From Oscillospiraceae bacterium (GTDB lineage Bacteria; Bacillota; Clostridia; Oscillospirales; Oscillospiraceae): a DNA stretch of 64,000 nucleotides. This document shows, in pieces, positions 18,025 through 27,273 of this stretch. The stretch spans positions 1,856 to 65,855 of the forward strand of contig JAZQVC010000038.1 in NCBI GenBank assembly GCA_045631645.1, written 5' to 3'. Each line of letters begins with the position of its first letter. Within the stretch, counting starts at the first letter, position 1. The notes under the pieces were generated by a model. The model was not told the origin of the DNA and did not search any database. It worked only from the letters and a program-made list of their open reading frames with translations. The position numbers were made by a program, and so were the translations under genes.

Positions 18025-18264
18025 ATGTTTAAGAGATTCAAAGTCCTATTTAACAGAGACAAGTGCAAGGGCTGCGAGCTTTGCGTAAACTTCTGCCCTA
18101 TGAAGATAATAGAAATGGACAAAAGCAGCGTCAACAGCAAGGGCTATCATCCCGCTTCCATTGACGAGGACAATATGGAGTGCTGCGTAGGCTGCTCCAG
18201 CTGCGCCCTGATGTGCCCTGACTGCTGCATCTCCATTTATCAGCTTGAGGAGGGTGAAGAATGA
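18025..18264 (+). CDS. 2-oxoacid:ferredoxin oxidoreductase delta subunit (2x[4Fe-4S] ferredoxin)
   Basis: CKGCELCVNFCP and CVGCSSCALMCP cluster motifs. ATG 7 nt after GGAGG. Confidence 0.85.
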   Translation: MFKRFKVLFNRDKCKGCELCVNFCPMKIIEMDKSSVNSKGYHPASIDEDNMECCVGCSSCALMCPDCCISIYQLEEGEE

Positions 18265-19337
18265 AAAAGATACTTATGAAAGGTAATGAGGCATTTGCTG
18301 AGGCTGCCATTCGCGCAGGCTGCAAGTGCTACTGCGGCTATCCCATCACCCCTCAGAATGAAATACCCGAATACATGAGCCACGAGCTTCCCAAGGCAGG
18401 CGGCGCATTTGTGCAGGCCGAAAGCGAGCTTGCAGCTGTCAATATGGCCTACGGCGCTGCAGCAAGCGGCGGAAGAGTTTTCATCTCCTCTTCCTCCCCC
18501 GGAATCAGCCTTATGCAGGAAGGTCTCGGCTTCATCTGTTCTGCCGAAGTTCCCCTTGTTGTACTCAACGTCTCCCGCGGCGGCCCCGGCGTTGGCGGCA
18601 TTCAGCCCGGTCAGGCAGACTATAATCAGGTTACCCGCGGCGGCTATAACGGCGACTGCAAGATCCCCGTATTTGCACCCGCAGGAATTCAGGAATGCGT
18701 TGACCTTATTTATGAATGCTTCGACCTCGCTGAAGAATACCGCAATCCTATGATGATTCTTGCCGACGGTATGATGGGACAGATGATGGAGCCCATTGTT
18801 CTTCCCGAAGCTAAGGGTATTACCCCTGTTGATAAAATCTCCGAGGAAAAGCCCTGGGCCATCACCGGCACAGACTCTCACCCCGGCAGAAATGTAATCT
18901 ATTCTCTGCGTATGGAGCCCGATGTTCTTGAAAAGCATGTTTATCATCTCTTCGAAAAGTACGAAAAAGCAGAGAAAGAGCTTGTGCGTTACAAATCTCA
19001 GGGTCTTGAAGATGCTGAAATTGTTTTTGTTGCATTCGGAACTATGAGCCGTCTTTGCGCAGAAGCAATTGAGCTTCTTGGCGAAAAAGGCATTAAGGCA
19101 GGTATGATCCGTCCTATCAGCCTTTGGCCCTTCCCCGACAAGGCTTTTGACGAAATCGGCGATAAGTGCAAAATTGTTATTTCCACTGAGCTCAGCATGG
19201 GTCAGATGCTTGCGGATGTTAAGTCCGCCGTGGCAGGTCGTTGGAAATGCGGTCTTATAAACCGCACCGGTGGCATTGTCCCCTCCTCTCTTGAGATCGT
19301 CGAGAGAGCAATCAAACTTTGGGAGGAAGCCAAATGA
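18261..19337 (+). CDS. 2-oxoacid:ferredoxin oxidoreductase alpha subunit
   Basis: 358 aa: MKGNEAFAEAAIRAGC..YPITPQNEI...QAESELAAVNMAYGAAASG, the typical Kor/Vor/Por alpha N-terminus. Overlaps delta by 4 nt. Confidence 0.9.
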   Translation: MKKILMKGNEAFAEAAIRAGCKCYCGYPITPQNEIPEYMSHELPKAGGAFVQAESELAAVNMAYGAAASGGRVFISSSSPGISLMQEGLGFICSAEVPLVVLNVSRGGPGVGGIQPGQADYNQVTRGGYNGDCKIPVFAPAGIQECVDLIYECFDLAEEYRNPMMILADGMMGQMMEPIVLPEAKGITPVDKISEEKPWAITGTDSHPGRNVIYSLRMEPDVLEKHVYHLFEKYEKAEKELVRYKSQGLEDAEIVFVAFGTMSRLCAEAIELLGEKGIKAGMIRPISLWPFPDKAFDEIGDKCKIVISTELSMGQMLADVKSAVAGRWKCGLINRTGGIVPSSLEIVERAIKLWEEAK

Positions 19338-20080
19338 AAACCATATTTGAACCCACAAAAGGCATCGTCCCTGTTGACAACAGCTACTGCCCCGGTTGCT
19401 CCCACGGCATTGCCCATCGTCTCATAATGGAATGCCTTGAAGAACGCGGCCGCCTTGGCAAAACCATCGGCGTTGTCCCCATCGGCTGCTCCATCAACGC
19501 TCATCACTTTATGAACATCGACATGTGCGAATCCACCCATGGACGCGCCCCTGCAATCGCCAGCGGTATTCGCCGCGTGCATCCCGACAAGACCGTTTTC
19601 ACCTATCAGGGTGACGGCGACCTTGCATCCATTGGCGCAGGCGAAATTGTACACGCAGCCCATCGCGGCGAGAAGTTTACTACTTTCTTTATCAATAACG
19701 CCATTTACGGTATGACTGGCGGCCAGATGGCTCCCACCACCCTTATCGGACAGAGAGCAACCACCGCTGTTGACGGTCGCACCAAGGAACAGGCAGGTCT
19801 GCCCCTCAGAGTAAGCGAAATGCTTGCAACCATTGACGGCGCTGTTTTTGTTGAGCGCGTTATGCTTAATAACCCCGCTAATATCCGCAAGGCAAAAAAG
19901 GCCATTCACAAGGCTTTGGATGTTCAGGACGCAGGTCTTGGTTTCAGCTTTGTTGAGTTTCTCTCCGTTTGTCCCACCAACTGGGGCTACAATCCTTATG
20001 ACGCCATAAAGTGGATGGAGAAGAACATGGCCGAATATTATCCCATTGGAAATTTCAAGTGCCCGGAGGAAATGAAGTAA
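19334..20080 (+). CDS. 2-oxoacid:ferredoxin oxidoreductase beta subunit (TPP-binding)
   Basis: CPGCSHG, GDGD and NNAIYGMTGGQ motifs. ATGA overlap with alpha. Confidence 0.9.
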   Translation: MKTIFEPTKGIVPVDNSYCPGCSHGIAHRLIMECLEERGRLGKTIGVVPIGCSINAHHFMNIDMCESTHGRAPAIASGIRRVHPDKTVFTYQGDGDLASIGAGEIVHAAHRGEKFTTFFINNAIYGMTGGQMAPTTLIGQRATTAVDGRTKEQAGLPLRVSEMLATIDGAVFVERVMLNNPANIRKAKKAIHKALDVQDAGLGFSFVEFLSVCPTNWGYNPYDAIKWMEKNMAEYYPIGNFKCPEEMK

Positions 20081-20081
20081 T

Positions 20082-20609
20082 ATGAAACGCAAACTCTTTT
20101 TCGCCGGAAGCGGCGGTCAGGGCACTCTCGCACTGGGCCAGATGATTGCAAAAGCCGCTATGGATGAGGGAAAAGAAGTCACCTGGCTTCCCTCCTATGG
20201 ACCTGAAATGCGCGGCGGCACCGCAAACTGCACTGTTGTTGTCTCCGACAAGGCTATAAGCTGCCCACTCATTAACGATGCCGATGTACTCGTCGCCATG
20301 AATCTCCCTTCCCTGCGCAAATTTGAGAACATGGTAAATCCCGGCGGCGTTATCCTTATGAACACTTCTCTTATTCCTGAAAAATGCCTTCGCGATGATG
20401 TCAAGGTTGTAGAAATTCCCTGCAATGACCTCGCAAAGGAACTGGGAAATGAAAAATGCGCTAACATCATTATGCTTGGCGCCATTTTGAAGGAAACCGA
20501 AATTGTTTCCCTCGAGACCATTCATGAGCAGCTTGAGCATATGTTCTCCGGACGTAAAGCCGCTTTCCTGCCCCTTAACAAGAAGGCACTTGACATCTAC
20601 ACCAAATGA
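20082..20609 (+). CDS. 2-oxoacid:ferredoxin oxidoreductase gamma subunit
   Basis: 175 aa: AGSGGQGTLALGQMIA...YGPEMRGGTANCTV, the gamma-subunit signature. Confidence 0.9.
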   Translation: MKRKLFFAGSGGQGTLALGQMIAKAAMDEGKEVTWLPSYGPEMRGGTANCTVVVSDKAISCPLINDADVLVAMNLPSLRKFENMVNPGGVILMNTSLIPEKCLRDDVKVVEIPCNDLAKELGNEKCANIIMLGAILKETEIVSLETIHEQLEHMFSGRKAAFLPLNKKALDIYTK

Positions 20610-20615
20610 GTAATA

Positions 20616-20649
20616 AAAAGCTGAGAGAATATTTCTCTCAGCTTTTTTT
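20616..20649. terminator. Bidirectional intrinsic terminator
   Basis: agctgagaga-atatt-tctctcagct flanked by A5 and T7. Confidence 0.8.
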
Positions 20650-21320
20650 CATGAGCAAAATCTATGCTTTCCTATTACTGTTATAAGTGGTCTTGACCAT
20701 ATCCACTTACTTGTTGCAGTTGAAGGATTGAAATAGTAAATCGCTCCGCCCGATGGATCCCAACCGTTCATTGCATCTCTCGCCGCTTTATAGGCAGAAT
20801 CTGCTACAGGTTCATTGAACTGACCGTCATCTATACAGGTAAACGCCCCTGACTGGTAAATAACTCCTGACATTGTGTTGGGGAAAGAAGGATGCTCCAT
20901 ACGGTTAAGGACAACGGCACCCACCGCCACCTGACCTACATATGGCTCTCCTCTTGCTTCAGCAGATATGAGCCTTGCAAGAAGAGCAACATCTCCGCTT
21001 CCGCTTGAAGAAGCTGATCCCTGCGCATTTATACCCATATATGAAAGGGTTTGCTCGCCTGCAATTCCGTCTACCTTCAGGCCAAATCGCTTTTGATATT
21101 TCTTAACTGCTTCCTCGGTTCCGCTACCGTACACACCATCTACCGCTCCCGAGTAAAAGCCCTGGTTTTTCAAAAGTGTTTGTATCTGGCTCACAACAGA
21201 GCCCGTTGAACCTTTTTTGTAGCTGGCAGCATCAACATACTGCACAAGAGAAATAATGAGTATGTTAACAGCAAACACAACGACAAGAGCAAGATATAAC
21301 TTTTTTCTTGATTGTGACAT
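20649..21320 (-). CDS. Cell-wall hydrolase of the SleB/CwlJ family with a peptidoglycan-binding domain
   Basis: N-terminal TM, a PG_binding_1-like segment (VSQIQTLLKNQGFYSGAVDGVYGSGTEEAVKKYQ) and a C-terminal Hydrolase_2 motif (ARLISAEARGEPYVGQVAVGAVVLNR). Confidence 0.8.
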   Translation of the reverse strand: MSQSRKKLYLALVVVFAVNILIISLVQYVDAASYKKGSTGSVVSQIQTLLKNQGFYSGAVDGVYGSGTEEAVKKYQKRFGLKVDGIAGEQTLSYMGINAQGSASSSGSGDVALLARLISAEARGEPYVGQVAVGAVVLNRMEHPSFPNTMSGVIYQSGAFTCIDDGQFNEPVADSAYKAARDAMNGWDPSGGAIYYFNPSTATSKWIWSRPLITVIGKHRFCS

Positions 21321-21411
21321 AATAATACGCTCCTTGCAGATTTATGTTTTTAGTCTGCGAAGGAGCGTTTTTGTTATGTTATTAAATTTTTGTCACGGAT
21401 AGAAAATTTTA

Positions 21412-22602
21412 TTATTCCATCTTTCCGATATTCTCAGGGATTGCTATAGGATAAGCCTCATAGTCCCACTGATGGTCAGTGCAAGCAAAATACTCGGAGC
21501 TTTTGTTGAAATAATTAAACCACTTTGCTTCAACAGACTCGTCCCATGTAGTATCAACGCAATACCATTCTCCATCAATTTTAACCATGTTCCATGCGTG
21601 ATCCTCGCGAGATGAAAAAGCCGCACCAACTACGGTGATGCACTCGATGTCAAGAACGTCCATAAAAAGTTGAAAAGCTGTTGCATAACCGAGGCATATA
21701 GCTTTTTTCTCAACTATTGCGCCGTAAGGCTCATAGGATTCACGGGGTGCGGCATTGGGAATCTCATAATGACGGTAATCATATTCGCAGTTTTCACAAA
21801 GCCATTTATATACAGCCTGTTCTTTTTCAAGCTCCGACATACCATCACTAATAATAGAGTTAAGGATTATATTTAATTCCTTATAAAGCTTTTTGCCTTT
21901 ATGATCAAGTTTTTCACCATTAGCGTTTCTTACAGCTTCAACAAGAGCAGAATTATCCCAAAGAGTCATATCGTCAACATCAGGATCGACATAAGGATAC
22001 CAGTATTCCGGCAGATCACCAAATTCAGAATGCTCTACGGGATCCCTCTGTATTTCCTCGGAGGGCAAAGGTTTATCATATTCAGGCAATATCATACCCA
22101 GTGCATAGAAAAAGGCTCTATCAGCATCCTCGGGATTTTCGCAAATCAAAACAGTTGCCCAAACTCCGTCGGAGCTGATACTAACAATGGCCTTATCCAC
22201 TATGGATGCCTGTTCTGGGTTATAGCCGAAAAAGTCGCCCTGTCTGCCGTGGCGGTAGGATTCAAGCTCATTGAAAACGGTGTTCAGATCAGCCTTGTCC
22301 GTAAGCTTGAAAATGCTTATCTCATCAGCTCTCATAGGATCTGTACTGCGATAAACAGCGGCATCAAACAAAGTATCAGGAGAAAGTCCATAAAATCCCT
22401 GAATATATTTGCCCATTGCAGTCTCATCGTAGTTATCGTTCACACATTGAAAATCCTCTTCGGCCAAGTTGATCCCTTCAATAACTTTGAGGGCAAGTTC
22501 CTTTGCCGTATAATCAGGTACGGTGATAGCAACAGACTCCTCTTTGCCGCAAGCACTAAGGAACAAAATCAATATTAAAATTACAGAAACTAATCTTTTC
22601 AT
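21412..22602 (-). CDS. Lipoprotein with a C-terminal transglutaminase-like cysteine protease core
   Basis: Lipobox LFLSAC. C-terminal KKAICLGYATAFQLF ... HAWNMV ... D matches a Cys-His-Asp transglutaminase-like core. Confidence 0.6.
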   Translation of the reverse strand: MKRLVSVILILILFLSACGKEESVAITVPDYTAKELALKVIEGINLAEEDFQCVNDNYDETAMGKYIQGFYGLSPDTLFDAAVYRSTDPMRADEISIFKLTDKADLNTVFNELESYRHGRQGDFFGYNPEQASIVDKAIVSISSDGVWATVLICENPEDADRAFFYALGMILPEYDKPLPSEEIQRDPVEHSEFGDLPEYWYPYVDPDVDDMTLWDNSALVEAVRNANGEKLDHKGKKLYKELNIILNSIISDGMSELEKEQAVYKWLCENCEYDYRHYEIPNAAPRESYEPYGAIVEKKAICLGYATAFQLFMDVLDIECITVVGAAFSSREDHAWNMVKIDGEWYCVDTTWDESVEAKWFNYFNKSSEYFACTDHQWDYEAYPIAIPENIGKME

Positions 22603-22625
22603 ATAAAGCCTATATTGAACAAATG

Positions 22626-23645
22626 TTACTCTGATAATTCTCCGCGAAGATTCTTCTCCATAAGACTCTTGATGCGCTGGGAAGAGCAGCGTTTTGCAAA
22701 GAGATAGCGAAGCTTAGTAACTGCAGCTTCAACAGTCATATCTCCACCGCTTACAGCACCGGCTCTTTTCAATGCAGAGCTTGTTTCATAAGTTCCAAGC
22801 TGAACCTTGCCGCGGAGGCACTGGGTGCACACAACAATGATTGTGCCGTTATCTGCAGCCTTGCTTATAAGGGGCAAAAGTTCCGCATCATACTGGGGAA
22901 TATTGCCCACACCGAATGCTTCGATAACAAGAGCTTTGAGGTTCTCCGTCATTATATTCTCAAACATTCTGAACTGTATGCCGGGGAATATTTTTAAAAC
23001 TGCAATAGGAAGATCCTCTGCAAAATCCACAACATTAAGATCATTTTCTTTCTCACGGATAAGAGCATCAATATAGCGAATATCTATCGCAGCAGTGGCG
23101 AGAGGCGGAAAATTGGGAGAAGAGAACGCTTCCATTTCATCTGCAGAAACTTTTGTGGAACGATTGCCGCGAAGAAGTTTTTTGCCGAAATATAGGCAAA
23201 CTTCGGGCACTCTGCCTTCACCTGCAATAATAATAGAGCCGATAAGATTATCCCGTGCGTCGGAGCGGGCATGGCCGATGGGAATCTGCGCACCTGTCAA
23301 AACAACAGTTTTACCCAGTCCTTCAAGCATAAAGCTAAGAGCGGAGGCTGTATATGCCATTGTATCCGTTCCATGAAGAATGACAAAGCCGTCATACTTA
23401 TCATAATTATCTTTTATGGTGTGAGCCATAGCGCTCCAATCGCTTATGGAGATATTGCTGGAATCACAAATATGCTCAAACTCAATTAGCTCCCACTGGG
23501 GCATTCCGGAGTGGAAAAGCTCACTCATTCTTCCAAGCACTCGATGAAGATAACCGCTTTTGGTTGCATATCCGTCCTCGGTTTCCACCATACCGATAGT
23601 GCCGCCGGTATATATAATGAGAACTTTTTTATTGGATAACATCAA
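22626..23645 (-). CDS. ansA: Type I L-asparaginase
   Basis: YTGGTIGM N-terminal Thr motif and the HGTDTM second motif. 339 aa. Confidence 0.9.
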   Translation of the reverse strand: MMLSNKKVLIIYTGGTIGMVETEDGYATKSGYLHRVLGRMSELFHSGMPQWELIEFEHICDSSNISISDWSAMAHTIKDNYDKYDGFVILHGTDTMAYTASALSFMLEGLGKTVVLTGAQIPIGHARSDARDNLIGSIIIAGEGRVPEVCLYFGKKLLRGNRSTKVSADEMEAFSSPNFPPLATAAIDIRYIDALIREKENDLNVVDFAEDLPIAVLKIFPGIQFRMFENIMTENLKALVIEAFGVGNIPQYDAELLPLISKAADNGTIIVVCTQCLRGKVQLGTYETSSALKRAGAVSGGDMTVEAAVTKLRYLFAKRCSSQRIKSLMEKNLRGELSE

Positions 23646-24202
23646 TATTGTCCTCCAGTAGGTAATTTAATGTTCTTTCGTATTTTTTTAACAAGTGCAG
23701 GTGTAACAAAAGCAAACAAAACAGCCAGAATAATGCTTATAACAAACTTAGGTATAAGCAAACCGAACACCAACGCATAGGAATAATATTTATAAATTAT
23801 ACTGTCCACATAAAGAGCAAGAGTATTCAGTGCGGTTGTAAGTATACCTGCAATAATGGTGAAAACCATAAGAGCACCAACGGACGGTGAATAATTCTTA
23901 TGTTTGGAATAAAATCCTATAATCAGACCACGAACTATAACGGGCAACATCCAAAGCAAGGTTGTTGGAGTAATGCCATAGCCAGAAAAGAAAAGCTGAT
24001 ATATGCCGCTCCCCAAAAAGCCTATAAGAGAACCATGGAAAGGACCAAACATTACAGCTCCAACAATTATTGGAAATGCATCAAGGGTAAACTTGAAATT
24101 AGCCACCCTGAAGGCAATGGAATTTAAGACAACATACATGGCAACAAGAACAGCGTCGGTGGCCATCATGCGTATATTGAGTCTTCCCTTTCTTCCACTC
24201 AT
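23642..24202 (-). CDS. folT: ECF transporter S component, folate family (FolT)
   Basis: 186 aa and about 6 TM. Directly downstream of a THF riboswitch. 4-nt overlap with ansA. Confidence 0.8.
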   Translation of the reverse strand: MSGRKGRLNIRMMATDAVLVAMYVVLNSIAFRVANFKFTLDAFPIIVGAVMFGPFHGSLIGFLGSGIYQLFFSGYGITPTTLLWMLPVIVRGLIIGFYSKHKNYSPSVGALMVFTIIAGILTTALNTLALYVDSIIYKYYSYALVFGLLIPKFVISIILAVLFAFVTPALVKKIRKNIKLPTGGQY

Positions 24203-24258
24203 AAAGAAACTCCTTTCGTGACAGTTGCCACGAAAGGAGCATTAATCGTCCCTATTTG

Positions 24259-24360
24259 GTGGCAGCGGATGCGGGAAAAGCATCGCACACCTATAAAGGT
24301 GCTTCGTCCTGAGACAACTCCCATCCTCAGGCACTTGACGCGCAGTTCCCTACTCTGTCC
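24259..24360 (-). promoter_or_regulatory. THF (tetrahydrofolate) riboswitch
   Basis: Minus-strand RNA ACAGAGUAGGGAACUGCGCGUCAAGUGCCUGAGGAUGGGAGUUGUCUCAGGACGAAGCACC...GCAUCCGCUGCC closely parallels the folT-motif THF aptamer as I recall it (AGAGUAG..CGCGUUAAGUG..GAAUGGGAUG..ACGAAGC..GCAUCCGCU). Confidence 0.85.
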
Positions 24361-24395
24361 AAAATATTTATTTACGATATAGTATTACCACAAAA

Positions 24396-25256
24396 TTACT
24401 TCTTTGTCACCATATTTTCTGCACTTTCAAGAGTATGACGGAGCAAAACAGCAGTTGTAACAGCGCCGACTCCGCCGGGCACAGGCGTTACATAGGATGC
24501 GATTTCTTCAGCAGCAGAAAAATTAACGTCTCCGCACATTTTTCCATCGTCATCAAAGTTGATACCGACATCAATAACGCACTGTCCTTCGCGGAAATAA
24601 TCACCATTGAGAGCCTTTGCTTTTCCAAGGGCTGCAACAACAATATCAGCCTTCCTGGAAATTTCATCGGCGCCAAGGGTGTGGCTATGGCAGACAGTTA
24701 CAGTTGCATTTTCAGCCATTAGAAGCATACTGACAGGCTTTCCGATAACCAGACTGCGTCCAAACACGACAGCTTGGCGGGATGCAATGGGGATATTGTA
24801 ATATTTGAGAATTTCTATTACGGCGCGAGCAGTGCAAGGGGCAAAGCCGCTGCCTTTTCCTGAATACACGAAAGCCGCCGAGCCTGATGTTACACCGTCA
24901 ACATCCTTCGCAGGCAATATAGTTTCACGTACAAGAGTTTCATCAATATGGGAAGGAAGAGGCATGAAGACAAGAATTCCATGAACATTATTATCATTAT
25001 TCAGCTCAGTGATAACACTGATTATTTCGTCCTGACTTACGCTTTCGCTCAGGACAATTTGTTTTGCCTCCACATTTAATGTGCTACAGCGCTTGAGAAT
25101 ACCTCTTTCATATGCAATGTCATCTCCTCGTTCACCAACTCTTACAATGGCAAGACAAGGGCTTATTCCTTTATCTCTGAGAGAAAGGCAAATTGCTTTT
25201 GAACCTTCATTCAAAGCGGATGCAACCGCCGCTCCCTTCAAAATTTCAGCGCTCAT
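24396..25256 (-). CDS. folD: Bifunctional methylene-THF dehydrogenase / methenyl-THF cyclohydrolase
   Basis: 286 aa: GRSLVIGKPVSMLL, TPVPGGVGAVT; canonical FolD. Confidence 0.95.
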   Translation of the reverse strand: MSAEILKGAAVASALNEGSKAICLSLRDKGISPCLAIVRVGERGDDIAYERGILKRCSTLNVEAKQIVLSESVSQDEIISVITELNNDNNVHGILVFMPLPSHIDETLVRETILPAKDVDGVTSGSAAFVYSGKGSGFAPCTARAVIEILKYYNIPIASRQAVVFGRSLVIGKPVSMLLMAENATVTVCHSHTLGADEISRKADIVVAALGKAKALNGDYFREGQCVIDVGINFDDDGKMCGDVNFSAAEEIASYVTPVPGGVGAVTTAVLLRHTLESAENMVTKK

Positions 25257-25870
25257 TTAAGTCTCTCCCAAACTTTTTCATAAACATTTTCAGCGATTTT
25301 CCAATGCTCGGACATAAGAGAATCCACTTCATCGTTAAGCTTCTCTGCATATGCTCGGTCTGTCATTAGTTTTGTATTCACTCTGACATTCATAGCCGCT
25401 CCATAAAGAGACGCCCAAAGGATGATAACGCCCGTACCAACATCAGAAACAGCCAAAACACTTCCAATTTCCTCAAGACGACGGTGAATCTTAATCCCCT
25501 TGCAGGAAAGACGAACTATTTCCATAGGCGGCTCAGCAGCCAAACGAAGGCATCGCTCCATCTCCTCAGCTCTGGTAGGATCATCCTTGGGTATTGAGTA
25601 GGCTTTTGACAAGGGCTCAAAGGCTTTTGCATCCTCATCAATAAGGCATTGACATTTGCTCACGAGCTCCTCAAGTTCATGTAGCAGCTTATTAAGCTCA
25701 TCTTCATACTGAGAATACTTTTTCTTGCCTATCGTAAGATTCACAACCATTGAACCGAGAGCGCAGCCCAAAGATGCTGCAAGAGCGCTTGCTCCGCCGC
25801 CACCGGGCACGGCAGAACGGGATGCCAAAAGAGTATTAAAATTATCTATCTGCATTGCAGAAAAATCCAT
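25253..25870 (-). CDS. fchA: Cyclodeaminase/cyclohydrolase family protein (FTCD_C-like, FchA-type)
   Basis: VPGGGGASALAASLG motif. Start set at the internal Met because the longer ORF runs into the upp terminator hairpin. Confidence 0.75.
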   Translation of the reverse strand: MDFSAMQIDNFNTLLASRSAVPGGGGASALAASLGCALGSMVVNLTIGKKKYSQYEDELNKLLHELEELVSKCQCLIDEDAKAFEPLSKAYSIPKDDPTRAEEMERCLRLAAEPPMEIVRLSCKGIKIHRRLEEIGSVLAVSDVGTGVIILWASLYGAAMNVRVNTKLMTDRAYAEKLNDEVDSLMSEHWKIAENVYEKVWERLK

Positions 25871-25885
25871 AATAGAACCGTCCTT

Positions 25886-25917
25886 CAATAAAACGGGAGG
25901 CAATAATTCCTCCCGTT
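25886..25917 (-). terminator. Intrinsic terminator after upp
   Basis: Minus strand aaacgggagg-aattattg-cctcccgtttt. Confidence 0.65.
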
Positions 25918-25923
25918 TATCGT

Positions 25924-26556
25924 TTATTTAGTACCAAAAATTCTGTCACCGGCGTCACCGAGGCCGGGAACGATGTAACCATGGTCATTAAGGCAATCAT
26001 CCTCTGCAGCAACAAAAATGTCTACATCAGGATGAGCGCGGTGAACGGCTGCAATTCCCTCGGGAGCGGCGATTATGCACATAAGCTTAACGCTGCGGCA
26101 GCCATACTTATTTTTCATAAATTCGCATGCTGCAACAGCGCTACCACCAGTTGCCAGCATGGGGTCAACAATAATAACATCACGCTCAGCAATATCGCTG
26201 GGCATCTTGCAGTAATATTCTACAGGCTCAAGAGTTTCGGGATCACGATAAAGACCAATATGACCAACCTTTGCGGAGGGAATCATAGCCAACATACCGT
26301 CAACCATGCCAAGACCTGCGCGGAGTATGGGAACAATAGCAAGTTTCTTACCTGCAAGGCGGCGCACCTTTGCCTCGGTTACGGGAGTCTTTATGATGAC
26401 CTCTTCGGTGGGAAGGTCTCTTGTTGCCTCATAGCACATGAGCATTGCGATTTCGCTGATAAGTGCTCTGAATTCCTTTACGCCGGTCTTTTCATCGCGA
26501 AGAATAGAAAGCTTATGCTGGATAAGAGGATGATCAAAAATATGAATAGTGGCCAT
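25924..26556 (-). CDS. upp: Uracil phosphoribosyltransferase
   Basis: 210 aa: [27 protein letters not shown]-binding motif, [14 protein letters not shown]-terminus. Confidence 0.95.
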   Translation of the reverse strand: MATIHIFDHPLIQHKLSILRDEKTGVKEFRALISEIAMLMCYEATRDLPTEEVIIKTPVTEAKVRRLAGKKLAIVPILRAGLGMVDGMLAMIPSAKVGHIGLYRDPETLEPVEYYCKMPSDIAERDVIIVDPMLATGGSAVAACEFMKNKYGCRSVKLMCIIAAPEGIAAVHRAHPDVDIFVAAEDDCLNDHGYIVPGLGDAGDRIFGTK

Positions 26557-26569
26557 TGAAATTCTCCTT

Positions 26570-27271
26570 TTATTTATTATCTTTCATTTTTTCAAGGCGT
26601 TCTCTCTCAGCTTGTGAAAGTCTGAGGTAAACGGGTGTTAACTCTGCTGCAGAAACCGCAGGAGCGTTCTCAGCCGCCCTACAGACTCCCCACGCATTTT
26701 GCATCTGCATGCTCACAGGGGCAATGGATACATTTGCAAAAACATTCTTAAGGTAATTATAACAAAGCTGCGCTCCGTCTCCGACAACAACAATATTGCT
26801 ATCGGTATTTTTAAGTTCATCTGCAAGCTCTGCGAGGGAAATTGCTCTGTCTTCACTAAGGCGCTTCACGGCACCGTTTTCAAAGGTAAATAAAGCGTTA
26901 TAAACCTGATTTCGTCTTGCATCCATGGCGCAGCAAATTACGCTGCCTTCAGGAGCGTACTCTCCGTTCCAAGCCATTGCCTCAAGTGTCGAAACACCGA
27001 TGGCAGGCTTATCCGCGCCCCAGCAAAGCCCCTTTGCAGCGGATACGCCAATGCGTATACCCGTGAAAGAACCCGGACCATGGGCAACGGCGACAGCATC
27101 TACATCAGAAATTTTAAGTCCTACATTTTTAAGAAGGTCCTCAGCCATAGGCAAAAGTGTGCAGCTATGGGTCAGCCCGCTGTTCTGAAAACTTTGTGCC
27201 AGAAGGCTACCGTCTTTTGAAAGAGCCACAGATGCGCTTTTAGCGGAGGATTCAAGGGAAAGAATTATCAT
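26570..27271 (-). CDS. tsaB: tRNA t6A37 biosynthesis protein TsaB
   Basis: MIILSLESS..., [12 protein letters not shown] motif. Adjacent to tsaE. Confidence 0.9.
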   Translation of the reverse strand: MIILSLESSAKSASVALSKDGSLLAQSFQNSGLTHSCTLLPMAEDLLKNVGLKISDVDAVAVAHGPGSFTGIRIGVSAAKGLCWGADKPAIGVSTLEAMAWNGEYAPEGSVICCAMDARRNQVYNALFTFENGAVKRLSEDRAISLAELADELKNTDSNIVVVGDGAQLCYNYLKNVFANVSIAPVSMQMQNAWGVCRAAENAPAVSAAELTPVYLRLSQAERERLEKMKDNK

Positions 27272-27273
27272 AA

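Noticed and set aside
18240-20092. Minus-strand ORFs of 372 aa and 296 aa overlapping the OFOR alpha and beta genes.
   Set aside because: They are antisense shadows of strongly motif-supported plus-strand genes, and their translations are Ala/Gly-rich and featureless.
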